From contig URXV01000005.1 of NCBI GenBank assembly GCA_900551865.1, forward strand, positions 29,535 to 93,534: a DNA stretch of 64,000 nt, written 5' to 3'. Source of the stretch: an uncultured Rickettsiales bacterium. GTDB taxonomy: Bacteria; Pseudomonadota; Alphaproteobacteria; RF32; CAG-239. The translations under genes and the position numbers were made by a program. Of this stretch, positions 1 to 9,045 are shown in pieces. Numbering within the stretch: position 1 is the first letter of the stretch; each line of letters starts with the position of its first letter. Below the pieces are notes generated by a model. It saw only the letters and a list, made by a program, of their open reading frames with translations, made no database searches and was not told the DNA's origin.

Positions 1-600
1 GGACAAATCCGGGTCAACGCTGAACGTAACGGTTTCAACAGGGAACATAGCTGTGCCGTGGAAAAAAATCAGAAGGTTTTTTCCGGCCGCTATCCGTTCG
101 GCAAAAACATAATTGCAGAGTTTCCGCCCCAGAAAACGCCCGTCTTCAAATCCGTTGCAGACAACGGCCCATGTTGCGGGATAAGGCTTAGCCAGAAAAA
201 TGCCGTAGCGGCACAGGCTGTCGTCATATCCGAACACTTCGCTGTCCGGCCATACCGTTTCGCAAAAACCGTCGGCGTGGCATGCGATAGTTCTGATGAT
301 GAAGCGTTTGCGTTTACTGTCTTTTCTGTGCCGTCTGAGGAAGTCGGAAGCATAAATGGCAATAAGGAGCGTTTTGTCCTCCATCTGCAGGGTATAGGTC
401 TTTTCCGGAAAGATGATAAGATGTACCATAAACAGAAAGACGAACAACGCCACAAATCCTGCCGTTGCAAACCAGCCGGTAAGCAGAAACAGCAAAACGG
501 CTACGGTTCCGCCGACAATCTGATGATTAACGGCGGCACAAATCCAACACTGCGGGCGCAACAAGGCCCCAAACCAAATTCTTTTTACAAAATTATTCAT
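1..600 (-). CDS. hypothetical membrane protein, partial (C-terminal part lies beyond the left window edge)
   Basis: Reverse frame is open from ATG at 598-600 down to base 1. It is absent from the ORF track because there is no stop in the window. Hand translation MNNFVKRIWFGALLRPQCWICAAVNHQIVGGTVAVLLFLLTGWFATAGFVALFVFLFMVHLIIFPEK... gives two adjacent hydrophobic helices, then a soluble-looking region. Divergent from dut. No clear SD. Confidence 0.5.
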   Translation of the reverse strand, partial: MNNFVKRIWFGALLRPQCWICAAVNHQIVGGTVAVLLFLLTGWFATAGFVALFVFLFMVHLIIFPEKTYTLQMEDKTLLIAIYASDFLRRHRKDSKRKRFIIRTIACHADGFCETVWPDSEVFGYDDSLCRYGIFLAKPYPATWAVVCNGFEDGRFLGRKLCNYVFAERIAAGKNLLIFFHGTAMFPVETVTFSVDPDLS

Positions 601-859
601 AAAAATGTATTTAAGTGAAACAATAATTGATTTTTAAACGCATCATAAAGAATAAATGAGGAAAAAGCAAGCATTTTTCTTGTCAAGCCGTCGGCAGGCC
701 GCCATAATTGCCGCAAATTTAGACGCGCGGAAACGCCATAGCTTCCGGTTTTTCCGGCATCAGGGCGCCGCAATCGCTGCAATTCCGCCGCCACGGGAAG
801 TTTGCCGATGCAGTTTCCGTTCCGGCTTTGTTTTGATAAACCGCACTAAGGAGAAAATT

Positions 860-1369
860 ATGCCCCGTATAGCCGAATTTGCCAAAGTCAGTTTCAGCCA
901 GTTTGCAACCGCCTGGAAAAACACTTTTCTGACGGATGACGCTGAAATCCGGCGCATATATGACAGTATCAGGCTTCCCTCCCGGGCGACGTCAGGTTCG
1001 GCCGGGTATGATTTTTACACGCCGGTAGACATCTGCCTGAAGCCGAAAGAAAATTTCCTGCTGCCGACGGGCATCCGCGTCAGAATGGAAGACGGCTGGT
1101 TTTTGGGCGTTATGCCAAAATCCGGGCTGGGGTTCAAATACCGCCTGCAAATGGACAATACGATTGGGATAATCGATGGCGATTATTATTATTCGGACAA
1201 CGAAGGGCATATTTTTGTAAAGATGACCAATGATTGCAATGGCGGCAAGGTACTGGAGCTGAAATCCGGTGCCTCGGTCTGTCAGGGGATTTTTCTGCCT
1301 TTCGGCATCACGTTTGACGATAACGCTACGGCAAGACGCAACGGCGGTCTTGGGTCGACGTCGAAATAA
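860..1369 (+). CDS. dut: dUTP diphosphatase (trimeric dUTPase family)
   Basis: GSAGYDF, MPKSGLG, GIIDGDYY, CQGIF and RRNGGLGSTSK match dUTPase motifs I-V. AAGGAG lies 7 nt upstream of ATG 860. The 656 start in the ORF track only adds a non-homologous extension. Confidence 0.9.
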   Translation: MPRIAEFAKVSFSQFATAWKNTFLTDDAEIRRIYDSIRLPSRATSGSAGYDFYTPVDICLKPKENFLLPTGIRVRMEDGWFLGVMPKSGLGFKYRLQMDNTIGIIDGDYYYSDNEGHIFVKMTNDCNGGKVLELKSGASVCQGIFLPFGITFDDNATARRNGGLGSTSK

Positions 1370-1372
1370 GGC

Positions 1373-1450
1373 CTGCGTGCAAGAATGTCGGCGTCAAAAT
1401 AACCAGTGTGCAAGAATGTCGATATCGACATAACCTGCGTGCAAGAATAT
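1373..1450. repeat. three phased 31-bp degenerate tandem repeats, core TGCAAGAATGTCG
   Basis: Core starts at 1378, 1409 and 1440, an exact 31-bp spacing. Copies 1 and 3 share CTGCGTGCAAGAAT. Confidence 0.7.
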
Positions 1451-1504
1451 AAGGCCTGTTTGCCGGAATTTTTTGTTCTGCAGCTGTATGCCAAACGAAG
1501 GCGC

Positions 1505-1529
1505 AAAAAAAGGGCGGTAATTCCGCCCT
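1505..1529 (-). terminator. rho-independent terminator of the 1598..2539 gene
   Basis: Hairpin AGGGCGG/CCGCCCT (1511-1517 and 1523-1529). On the minus strand it is followed by a T7 run (A run at 1505-1511 on plus). Confidence 0.6.
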
Positions 1530-1597
1530 TTCTCATAAAATCTCCGTTTTATGTCCCCAACAGCCTCAGGCTCCGCCGGTTTGTAACCTCTCAGCTT

Positions 1598-2539
1598 TCA
1601 GCGTTTGGGTTTGAACTCAATGATTTTCGATTTTCTGCTCGCCGTATCGGTCTGCATTTTTACGGTTGCAAATCCGTTTCCGGCAGCAGCCCGGGTTTCC
1701 TTTTGCACATTGTTGCCGTTTACGGAAGCACCGTTTTTCTGTGAAAATCCGCCCATTGCTGTCTTTTGGCATCCGGGCAGCCGGTGTCGCCCGGGAATAG
1801 CGAGGAATTTCTCATTAGCCGCAATTTTCAGGGCATTTTGCCGCGCCGAAATTTTTTCAAAGTGTTTTCCTTCCGCCGCATTATAACAGAGCTTGAACAA
1901 CTCGCCGCCGATAGTCGCCGTTTCGCCGAGTTCTACCGGATATTCGGTGAGAGTGTCTCCGTCAAAAGCGTCCAGAAGCTTTTCGTCGTCTTTGCAAACC
2001 GGATGCCAGACAACGCCATCGTCGTCCTTTTGTTCAATCGACCAGCAGATACAGGCGAATTTCTCCTGTTGCAGCGAATAAAGCTCCACCGGATAAACGT
2101 CTTCCGCCTCAAAAGCTCTTTCGAGCCTGAGGATATTGAGCATATTTGCTTCCGACAAAACCGCCCGGACTTTCTTTATCGCAACTTCGCCGGCAGAGGT
2201 AAACACCGTCGAATACAGCGTTTCTTTCCAAAACAGAAAAATCTCGTTGGTCAGCGGCAGAAGTTTGGTAAATTCGCATTCATGAAAAACTTCCGGGTTG
2301 TCCAACTTAAACACCGGCGCTAATGAGCGGATGTCCTGGGCGTCCAAATCAAAATAAACCCATACCAGCATATTGGGGCAGGCAAAGTTGTTAAGTGATA
2401 TGCTTGCCAGAAGCACGACGCCGTTGCCGCCGTAAAAGTCCTGAAAAAATTCCAGTGCGTCAACCGAATTGTCAAGAGCGACTTCGTCTCCCGCCGGAGC
2501 ATACTGCTCAGGATTGGGAATAAAACCTAATTTATCCAT
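1598..2539 (-). CDS. hypothetical protein with low-complexity basic C-terminal tail
   Basis: 313-aa ORF with protein-like composition, followed by a terminator. No motif recognised. Confidence 0.7.
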   Translation of the reverse strand: MDKLGFIPNPEQYAPAGDEVALDNSVDALEFFQDFYGGNGVVLLASISLNNFACPNMLVWVYFDLDAQDIRSLAPVFKLDNPEVFHECEFTKLLPLTNEIFLFWKETLYSTVFTSAGEVAIKKVRAVLSEANMLNILRLERAFEAEDVYPVELYSLQQEKFACICWSIEQKDDDGVVWHPVCKDDEKLLDAFDGDTLTEYPVELGETATIGGELFKLCYNAAEGKHFEKISARQNALKIAANEKFLAIPGRHRLPGCQKTAMGGFSQKNGASVNGNNVQKETRAAAGNGFATVKMQTDTASRKSKIIEFKPKR

Positions 2540-2707
2540 ATTTATAAAATTTTAGTGAAACATATGCTTATTTTATCGTCTTTAGCCTACACCCGAAAAT
2601 AAAATTATGTCAACAGTTTTGTCAAATAATGCGTATTTTTATTGTATATGTTTGTTTTTACGGCGGATACGGGGCGAAGCGCCACGGAATTTTGCCCCAC
2701 CGGTATC

Positions 2708-2776
2708 AATCCTCCTGAACAGCGGCAATCCGCCCCAACAGTGCTAATCCTCCTAAACAGCGGCAATCCGCCCCAA
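2708..2776. repeat. two copies of a 31-nt direct repeat (AATCCTCCTRAACAGCGGCAATCCGCCCCAA), 38-bp period
   Basis: Copies at 2708-2738 and 2746-2776 differ at one base. Confidence 0.7.
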
Positions 2777-2804
2777 TAATACCCAATCCGCTCAAACGAT
2801 GTAC

Positions 2805-2835
2805 AAAAAAGCAGAGAGTCCGCTGTACTCTCTGC
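2805..2835 (-). terminator. rho-independent terminator of the autotransporter gene
   Basis: 9-bp stem GCAGAGAGT/ACTCTCTGC (2811-2835), followed on the minus strand by T6. Confidence 0.6.
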
Positions 2836-2863
2836 CTTTTCCCTTAGATGAGGAGTGGGAGGT

Positions 2864-5734
2864 TTAGAACTTGTATTTAGCGTTCAGCATTGCGGTCTGG
2901 TCATTGTAATCCTTGCGGAATCTGCCTTCCCATCCGGCAGAAATTTCCAGATTATCCGTAACGTCGGTAGCGACTTTCGCGCCAAGTTCAAAACCCAGAC
3001 GGTCAAGTTTCTCGCCGTTGACACGGTAAGCCGCGCCGTTGGCCAGAACAACGTTGGCATTATTGCCGTCGTCAATCAGGTCATACGTAACCGCCGCTTT
3101 CAATTCCGGACGAATAACCGTTTCGCTGTCCAAAGCGTAGTTCTTGGCAACCTTGGTGCCGATAACGGCTGTCAGAATGTCGCTGTCGTTGGAACCGGTG
3201 CGGTTGCCGAGCCTGTCATGATAAGCATCTTGGGAAATATGGACATAACGCAGTCCGGCTTCCGGCGTAACGTCATAGCCGCCGAGTTTTGTTTCATAGC
3301 CGAACATCGACTGAACGCCCAGCGATTCTACGTCATATTTCGCGTTGGCATTGCTTCCCAGAACCGATTTCTTTTCGTCATAGTCGGACCAGTTATAAGC
3401 CACAACGGTATTGACATACCAGTCAGCCGGCTGATATCTGCCGTAAACGAAAGCGGTATGCGTGTCAACATCGGTATCACGGCCGTGTGCCGAAACGTCG
3501 GTCTGGCTGTAAGCATAACCGGCACCGACTTTGACGGCATGGTCAATCTGTTTGTCGATACCCATGGCAACGCCGTAAATGTTGGCATCAAACCCGCTGG
3601 CTTTGGAAGTGGCTTCCTTGTCGGCGTGGTTAAACATGCCTCTGATCCAGGCTTTGACCTGTTTGAACGCGTCGCCGGAAGATTTGCCCTCGGCCATGGC
3701 GCCGGACGCCCCGTTCAGTTCGTCCGTAACGGCGGCAAAGACCATGTTGTGCAAGTCGGTTTCTACCGTTCTGACAATCGGGTTGGCATCAGCACCGAGC
3801 TTGGCCGCTTCTTTGGCCGCCGCGCCGTTGCCGTTTTGCGCCGCGTCGTTTAAAGCCTCGGCAACGGAATCAAATGCTTCGTTGCCGGTATCGGCGCCGC
3901 CCGAAACCAGAGCGAGAACCGCCGCCGCTTCCGAACCGGTTGCGCCCAGAGCCGCAGCGACTTCGTCCGCAGACTTCTGATTGGCGTTCCACACAGAAGT
4001 GTCTTCGTCATCCTGAACAAAGTCAAACAGGCTGTTTTCGCCGAGTTTAATATTATCCAGAGAATTTTCGTTCGCTTCGTTGGTGAAGATTTGATTCAGA
4101 TCAATGCTGCTTTCGCCGCCCTTCAGGGTAACGTTAACGGTTGTTCCTTCGGAAGAAACCATATTGGCAATCTCCGTTACGCCTTGTTTGACGTTCAGGG
4201 TCGTATTCTCTTCCAAATTCAGAGAACCGTCGCCGGAAATACCGCCGTCAAGCGTCAGGTTTGCATCTTTGCTTACGGTAACCGTTCCATTATTGTGAAT
4301 GTCGTTGAGGGCGCCCTCTGCCGTGTTGCCGGAGAAAGTCATATCGCCGCTAAGCTTAATCGTGTTATTGGCATCGTTGTAAATCGCGCCGCCGCTGGCA
4401 CCGGCAGAGTTGTTCGTAAATGTTGCATTGCTCAGAGACAGGAAAGAAGCATTCTCGCCATTTCCGTAATTGGCGATAGCGCCGCCGTTTACTTTTGCCT
4501 GATTGCCGGAAAATTCCGCACCGCTGCCAATCGTAAGCGAAGCTTGTTTGTCGTTTCCGTCGTTTTCATGTCCGTCATTCATAATGGCGCCGCCGCTTTT
4601 AGCGGAAATGTTTCCGATAAAGCGGGAATCTTCTCCGATGGAAATTGAACCGTAAGCGTTATTGACGATAGCGCCGCCGGAGGCATTGGTTGATTCGTTC
4701 CCCTGAAACAGGGCGCCAGTACCGATGGTAAGATCCGAACGCTGGTTCAGAATCGCACCGGCATATTCGGCAGAGTTGTTCGTAAATTGGGCATTTGTCC
4801 CGATAGTCATTTCGGAATATTCCGAGTTATGAATGGCACCGGATGTTGTATCATTTCCGTCGTCTTTGTTTGACGTATCAGTATGGTTGCCGTCAAAAAC
4901 GACATTGTCTCCGATAGTGGCCTTGCCGTTATTATAAATGGCACCGCCATATTGGTTGGCAGAGTTTTTGATAAATTTGGTGCCGTCAGCAACGTTAACC
5001 GTTTCCATATTATAAATGGCGCCGCCGGATTCTGAAGCGGAGTTATTTTCAAACAGGGAATTTTCTCCGACGGATACCGTGTGTCCGTATTCGGTAACTT
5101 TATCAGAAGCGTCATTGTTGGCATTGGCAATCGCGCCGCCGAATTTAGCTTCATTTTCGCGGAAAATTGCCGATCCCAGATCAATGGTAGAGCCTTCTTT
5201 CAGATTGTTGTCTTTGTCGGTCCAGACTGCAACCGCACCGCCTTTTCCGTTTACGGCCTTGTTGCCTTCAAACAGTGCGCCGTCTGCCAGCGTAAGGCTT
5301 CCGGCTTCAATGCCCAGTGCACCGCCTAAACCGGATTCATTACCGATAAATTCGGCATTGGCGCCGATTGTAGTTGTGCCGCCGGTTCTGTCACGCAGAT
5401 AAATTGCGCCTGCGCCCCAGCCGCCGTCTTGAGCCTTATTGCCCTCAAAGCGGACATTCTCGCCGATGGCGACGCTGTCCAAAAGCTTCATCGCGCCGCC
5501 TGCGCTGGCAGAGGTGCTGTTGCCTTTGAAAACCGTTCCGTCGGCGACGGTTACACCTTCAGTTCCTTCGGCAACGGTAACGACGCCGGCGCGTGTTCCG
5601 TCGCTGTTTGTATATTCGGAATAAGTTCCTTCCAGCTTCTGCCCGGCCGAAGCCAGAAAGCCATCCTCAGCCATTGCCGGCATCGCGAACGCAACGCCGA
5701 CTAATGCTGTAGTCAATAAAAGTCTGTTTTTCAT
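2864..5734 (-). CDS. autotransporter outer-membrane protein with polymorphic-membrane-protein (Pmp-type GGAI / FxxN) repeats
   Basis: Signal peptide MKNRLLLTTALVGVAFAMPAMA. More than 10 repeats of the form F..N.A..GGAI(YN). C-terminal ~280 aa has alternating beta-strand character and ends ...NAKYKF (terminal aromatic). AGGAGT lies 6 nt upstream of ATG 5734. Confidence 0.85.
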   Translation of the reverse strand: MKNRLLLTTALVGVAFAMPAMAEDGFLASAGQKLEGTYSEYTNSDGTRAGVVTVAEGTEGVTVADGTVFKGNSTSASAGGAMKLLDSVAIGENVRFEGNKAQDGGWGAGAIYLRDRTGGTTTIGANAEFIGNESGLGGALGIEAGSLTLADGALFEGNKAVNGKGGAVAVWTDKDNNLKEGSTIDLGSAIFRENEAKFGGAIANANNDASDKVTEYGHTVSVGENSLFENNSASESGGAIYNMETVNVADGTKFIKNSANQYGGAIYNNGKATIGDNVVFDGNHTDTSNKDDGNDTTSGAIHNSEYSEMTIGTNAQFTNNSAEYAGAILNQRSDLTIGTGALFQGNESTNASGGAIVNNAYGSISIGEDSRFIGNISAKSGGAIMNDGHENDGNDKQASLTIGSGAEFSGNQAKVNGGAIANYGNGENASFLSLSNATFTNNSAGASGGAIYNDANNTIKLSGDMTFSGNTAEGALNDIHNNGTVTVSKDANLTLDGGISGDGSLNLEENTTLNVKQGVTEIANMVSSEGTTVNVTLKGGESSIDLNQIFTNEANENSLDNIKLGENSLFDFVQDDEDTSVWNANQKSADEVAAALGATGSEAAAVLALVSGGADTGNEAFDSVAEALNDAAQNGNGAAAKEAAKLGADANPIVRTVETDLHNMVFAAVTDELNGASGAMAEGKSSGDAFKQVKAWIRGMFNHADKEATSKASGFDANIYGVAMGIDKQIDHAVKVGAGYAYSQTDVSAHGRDTDVDTHTAFVYGRYQPADWYVNTVVAYNWSDYDEKKSVLGSNANAKYDVESLGVQSMFGYETKLGGYDVTPEAGLRYVHISQDAYHDRLGNRTGSNDSDILTAVIGTKVAKNYALDSETVIRPELKAAVTYDLIDDGNNANVVLANGAAYRVNGEKLDRLGFELGAKVATDVTDNLEISAGWEGRFRKDYNDQTAMLNAKYKF

Positions 5735-5783
5735 AAAGTAACTCCTAGAAAAGTTTCTATGCAAACGTCCTGAAATTATGTGT

Positions 5784-5831
5784 TGAAAAAATACGAACGT
5801 TAAAAATCATCAATTCAGTTAAAACAAAATG
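5784..5831. promoter_or_regulatory. conserved AT-rich upstream element, copy 1 (TGAAAAAATACGAACGTTAAAAATCATCA...TTCAGT)
   Basis: About 50 nt, shared with 33132-33190. Begins 50 nt upstream of the autotransporter ATG. Core ACG-N2-CGT flanked by A/T. Confidence 0.5.
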
Positions 5832-5943
5832 TTACTTTTTTAAAAAGGCGAAAAAATAAAAAAACATTACGGATTAATGATTTAAACTTGACATGCGGAG
5901 CCTGTTCCGGCTAAAATCCGGATAAACGTTTTAGAAAAAATTG

Positions 5944-5988
5944 CTGAATTAAATCGTTCGTTTAAAGTCATCAACTTTTGTTTTAATG
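5944..5988. promoter_or_regulatory. conserved AT-rich upstream element, copy 2 (CTGAATTAAATCGTTCGTTTAAAGTCATCA)
   Basis: Same orientation and same core as 5784 and 33132. Confidence 0.45.
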
Positions 5989-6120
5989 ACTTTGCAAAAA
6001 ATCAGAACATTATATCCACAGGAAGATGCTGAAAAAATAGGAACCTTTTTTTGCAGCATACCGCAACTCCACATACCATGGCTCCGTATGCTGCAGCTCC
6101 GCTCCAATCCCCTTGCCAAT

Positions 6121-7602
6121 CTACATCAGATGGATTTTGCGCAACAGAATAAAAACGGCAATAACTTCCAGCCTGCCCAAAACCATGACAAACGACAGGA
6201 TATATTTTACAAAAGGCGTAAATCCGGCAAAATTTCCGGCCGGTCCGGTTGCCTCGGTCAGGCCCAGGCCGGAGTTGGTTATATTGCCCGCAACCGCGCC
6301 GAGCGCCGTCACAAAGTCTACCCCCGTCATGGAAATAATCAGCGTAAACAGCATAATGGCAAGCAAAAAGCCGAATGCCATGACAAACACCGAAGAAACG
6401 ATATTGTCGTCAATGACCTTTCCGCCGGCTTTCATAACCGTTACCTGGTTTGGCGAGAGGGAGTTGGTTGCGTTTTTCTTGAAAAAAGCCATAATGACCT
6501 GCCAGCGGAAAATTTTAATTGAACCGGTCGTTGAACCCGTACAGCCGCCGTGCAGGAATAAAATGAAGAAAACGGCGACAGCCCATGTCCCCCACTGGAT
6601 AAAGTCATATGAGGAAAAGCCGGTTGTCGTCATTGCCGAAATCATATTAAAAGAGGCTCTCCGGAATGCCGTAACAAACGGAATGTCTGAGGTATAGGCA
6701 TAAAAGGCGCTGATAACCAGAACATACCAGAAAACCAGTTTCAAAAACGTATTGACCTGATTGTTTTCGATAACGGAAGCAAAGCTTCGCTTTTTCGCAA
6801 TTAAAACAAAATAAGTCATCGGCAGCGACCCCAGCAGCATAAAAATGCCGATAATGGTTTCAATCATCGGGCTGTCAAAATAAGCGACGGAATTGTTTTT
6901 TGTGGAAAGCCCGCCCGTGCACAGCGTTGCCAGCGCATGGCATATTGCGTCAAACCAGTTCATGCCCGCCCATTTCAGCAAAACCGCGCAAATGATGTTC
7001 AGCAAGACATATACCAGAATAATGTCCTTGGCGATATAGCGGATTTTTGGCAGGAATTTTTCTTCGGTGTCAGAGTTTTCCTTGTTGAAGATGTGCATAC
7101 CGCCGATTCCCAGAAAAGGCATCAGCGCGACCGCGAAAATGACGATTCCGACGCCGCTGATTCCGTTGAGCACGGCGCGCCACAGCAAAACGGACTTCGG
7201 CTGCGCCTCAACATTGCCCAGAATGGTCGAACCCGTGGTCGTCAGGCCGGATGAAGCTTCAAACAGCGCGTCGGCAAAGGTGGCGATTTCCCCGTTGCCG
7301 TAAAGGGGCAGGGCGCAGATAAACGGGCTGGCAAACCAGCATATAACGGTAATCAGATACCCTTGAAGAATAGAAATATTTTTTATTTTGCCGTAATTTG
7401 CCAGAAACAACGACCCGCCGATAAACATTGTCAGAATGCTGTTTTGGATAAAAATGGTGTCAAACGAACCGGTGTAGTATTTCAATGCCGCTGCCGGCAG
7501 CAGCATCAGCGCTCCCAAAACGAAAATGATAAACCCGTTAATCATCAAAACCGGCTGCCACATTGCTGTCTGAACCCTTATATTGTTAAAATCGTTGCCC
7601 AA
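6121..7602 (-). CDS. trkH: TrkH/KtrB-family potassium uptake membrane protein
   Basis: 493-aa polytopic membrane protein with repeated pore-loop-like segments (SSGLTTTGSTIL, LCTGGLSTK, AMTTTGFSS, GCTGSTTGSIK) typical of Trk/Ktr/HKT. The 7602 start is TTG; an ATG alternative is at 7563. Confidence 0.85.
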   Translation of the reverse strand: MGNDFNNIRVQTAMWQPVLMINGFIIFVLGALMLLPAAALKYYTGSFDTIFIQNSILTMFIGGSLFLANYGKIKNISILQGYLITVICWFASPFICALPLYGNGEIATFADALFEASSGLTTTGSTILGNVEAQPKSVLLWRAVLNGISGVGIVIFAVALMPFLGIGGMHIFNKENSDTEEKFLPKIRYIAKDIILVYVLLNIICAVLLKWAGMNWFDAICHALATLCTGGLSTKNNSVAYFDSPMIETIIGIFMLLGSLPMTYFVLIAKKRSFASVIENNQVNTFLKLVFWYVLVISAFYAYTSDIPFVTAFRRASFNMISAMTTTGFSSYDFIQWGTWAVAVFFILFLHGGCTGSTTGSIKIFRWQVIMAFFKKNATNSLSPNQVTVMKAGGKVIDDNIVSSVFVMAFGFLLAIMLFTLIISMTGVDFVTALGAVAGNITNSGLGLTEATGPAGNFAGFTPFVKYILSFVMVLGRLEVIAVFILLRKIHLM

Positions 7603-7826
7603 TTCCGCCCCATAATACAGCCCTGCGCAAAAACTTTCAATGCTGCCGGCAGGTTATCCACTTCCTCGCTACTAGGCTGCCTGCCCAAATTTCTCCAGCC
7701 CGCCCGGACACCGTTATCCGCTTCTCCCGTCCGGCTGTCTCGTCGTCCTTTCTCCCGTCCGTTCCCCTCTCGTTTCTTCATTCGCCCGCCGCCATCTCGC
7801 TCCTCCCGTCCGTCCCTCCCGCCCAT

Positions 7827-7849
7827 AAAAAAAGCTCCCCGCAGGGAGC
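7827..7849 (-). terminator. rho-independent terminator of the 7864..9045 gene
   Basis: GCTCCC/GGGAGC hairpin (7834-7849), followed on the minus strand by T7. Confidence 0.6.
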
Positions 7850-7863
7850 CGAAAATCAAAACC

Positions 7864-9045
7864 TTACTCAAAATAGCGCGCATCAGGCGTATTTTGCAAA
7901 AAGTTTCTGAATTTTCCGTGTGAACACGGATTGTACGCGCCGCCGATAAAATCGGCATACGCACCGAGCAGGGAGGTAATTCCTCTGTCATACTCTTCCG
8001 GCGTGTATGAAGCGCGCGCGAACAGGTCTGACAGGATGATGTTGGCAACCGCTTCCTCATGGTCAATGCCGTACAGGATTTCCTGATAGTTCGGCCAGCC
8101 CATGTTGGAATAGTTGACGATAATGTCCCGGAACCTTTCCCAGTCCGCCCCGAAAACGCCCGGCATGGCGTAACGCTCCGGTTTTTCGGATTTGGTAACG
8201 CCGTTGAAGCGCACCGTGTCCTTTTTGAGCGGGCCGAGGCTGGCTGCGATATAGCCGAGGTAAATCTCGGATATTTTCGCTTCCGGCACAGCCGTTAACG
8301 TTTCCGGCAGGAAAATCGGGCAATGCGCCAACACGAGGTTGACTTTGATTGCGGCGAATTTTTCCTGCTTCAGCTGCCACATCCATTCCGCTAGCAGCCG
8401 TTTGTCGTAAAACGGGTTGCCCGAACAGATGACGAACGTTACTTCTTTCAGCCCTTGAGATACCGCAAAATTGTATATCTCTATCAGGTTACCTTCGGAA
8501 TCGTCGTCTTCGCACGGGGTATAATTACGATACGCATACTGTGTGCCGGTCAAAAGGCTCATCAGTTTGTAATACGTATCATACTCCGTTTTGCGGATAA
8601 GCCCTTCCTCACGGTAAAAGAGCTTCTGGAACAGGCCCTTGTTGCCTTCTTTCCCGGAAGAAAGGAACGGCAGCACGCGTCCGGTTTGTTTTGCATAAAA
8701 TCGTAAGATTTCAAATGCAAACAGCGGCGCCGTCATCATTCCGCTGAAACAGTACAAAAACGGGTGTGTCATATTCTTCGGCAGGTCATACAATGAGCAT
8801 ACGACCGCTTTGGAAGTACCGCCCTGTGCGTTCGGGTATTTGAATTCCGACCCCGGTTTCAATCCGCCGATTTCTTCCGCATAACGCAGCGTCTCCATAT
8901 CAACGGCAACCGGACGGGGTTTTGATACCTTAACGCGTTCAGCCATAAATCTGCGGCCTGCGGCGTTGCACTTAAATTCGTTACTCTCTAACAAACTCAT
9001 AAACTGCTCGCGGTTCGTGTCCACGAATTCATAAAAATTTTTCAT
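7864..9045 (-). CDS. hypothetical protein
   Basis: 393-aa ORF, AAGGA upstream of the ATG, terminator downstream. No motif recognised. Confidence 0.7.
   Translation of the reverse strand: MKNFYEFVDTNREQFMSLLESNEFKCNAAGRRFMAERVKVSKPRPVAVDMETLRYAEEIGGLKPGSEFKYPNAQGGTSKAVVCSLYDLPKNMTHPFLYCFSGMMTAPLFAFEILRFYAKQTGRVLPFLSSGKEGNKGLFQKLFYREEGLIRKTEYDTYYKLMSLLTGTQYAYRNYTPCEDDDSEGNLIEIYNFAVSQGLKEVTFVICSGNPFYDKRLLAEWMWQLKQEKFAAIKVNLVLAHCPIFLPETLTAVPEAKISEIYLGYIAASLGPLKKDTVRFNGVTKSEKPERYAMPGVFGADWERFRDIIVNYSNMGWPNYQEILYGIDHEEAVANIILSDLFARASYTPEEYDRGITSLLGAYADFIGGAYNPCSHGKFRNFLQNTPDARYFE

Noticed and set aside
58-618. 186-aa plus-strand ORF at the left edge
   Set aside because: Its composition is not protein-like. 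The opposite strand carries an edge-truncated ORF with clear TM helices, and this ORF is most likely its antisense shadow.
1598-1640. K(S/A)KIIEFK(P/Q)K shared between the tail of the 313-aa protein and the juxtamembrane region of the 1210-aa protein (about 23905-23940)
   Set aside because: The shared stretch is only ~9 residues of lysine-rich sequence in different positional contexts, too short to distinguish from chance.
2708-2776. Two 31-nt direct repeats as a possible mini-CRISPR or att site
   Set aside because: There are only two copies separated by 7 nt, and no integrase or cas genes nearby. Recorded as a simple repeat only.
2855-5704. Many long antisense or alternative-frame ORFs inside the autotransporter gene (for example 2855..3853 +, 4091..4648 +)
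   Set aside because: The repetitive, codon-biased Pmp-repeat sequence keeps other frames open. They have no start context or motifs and overlap a well-supported gene.
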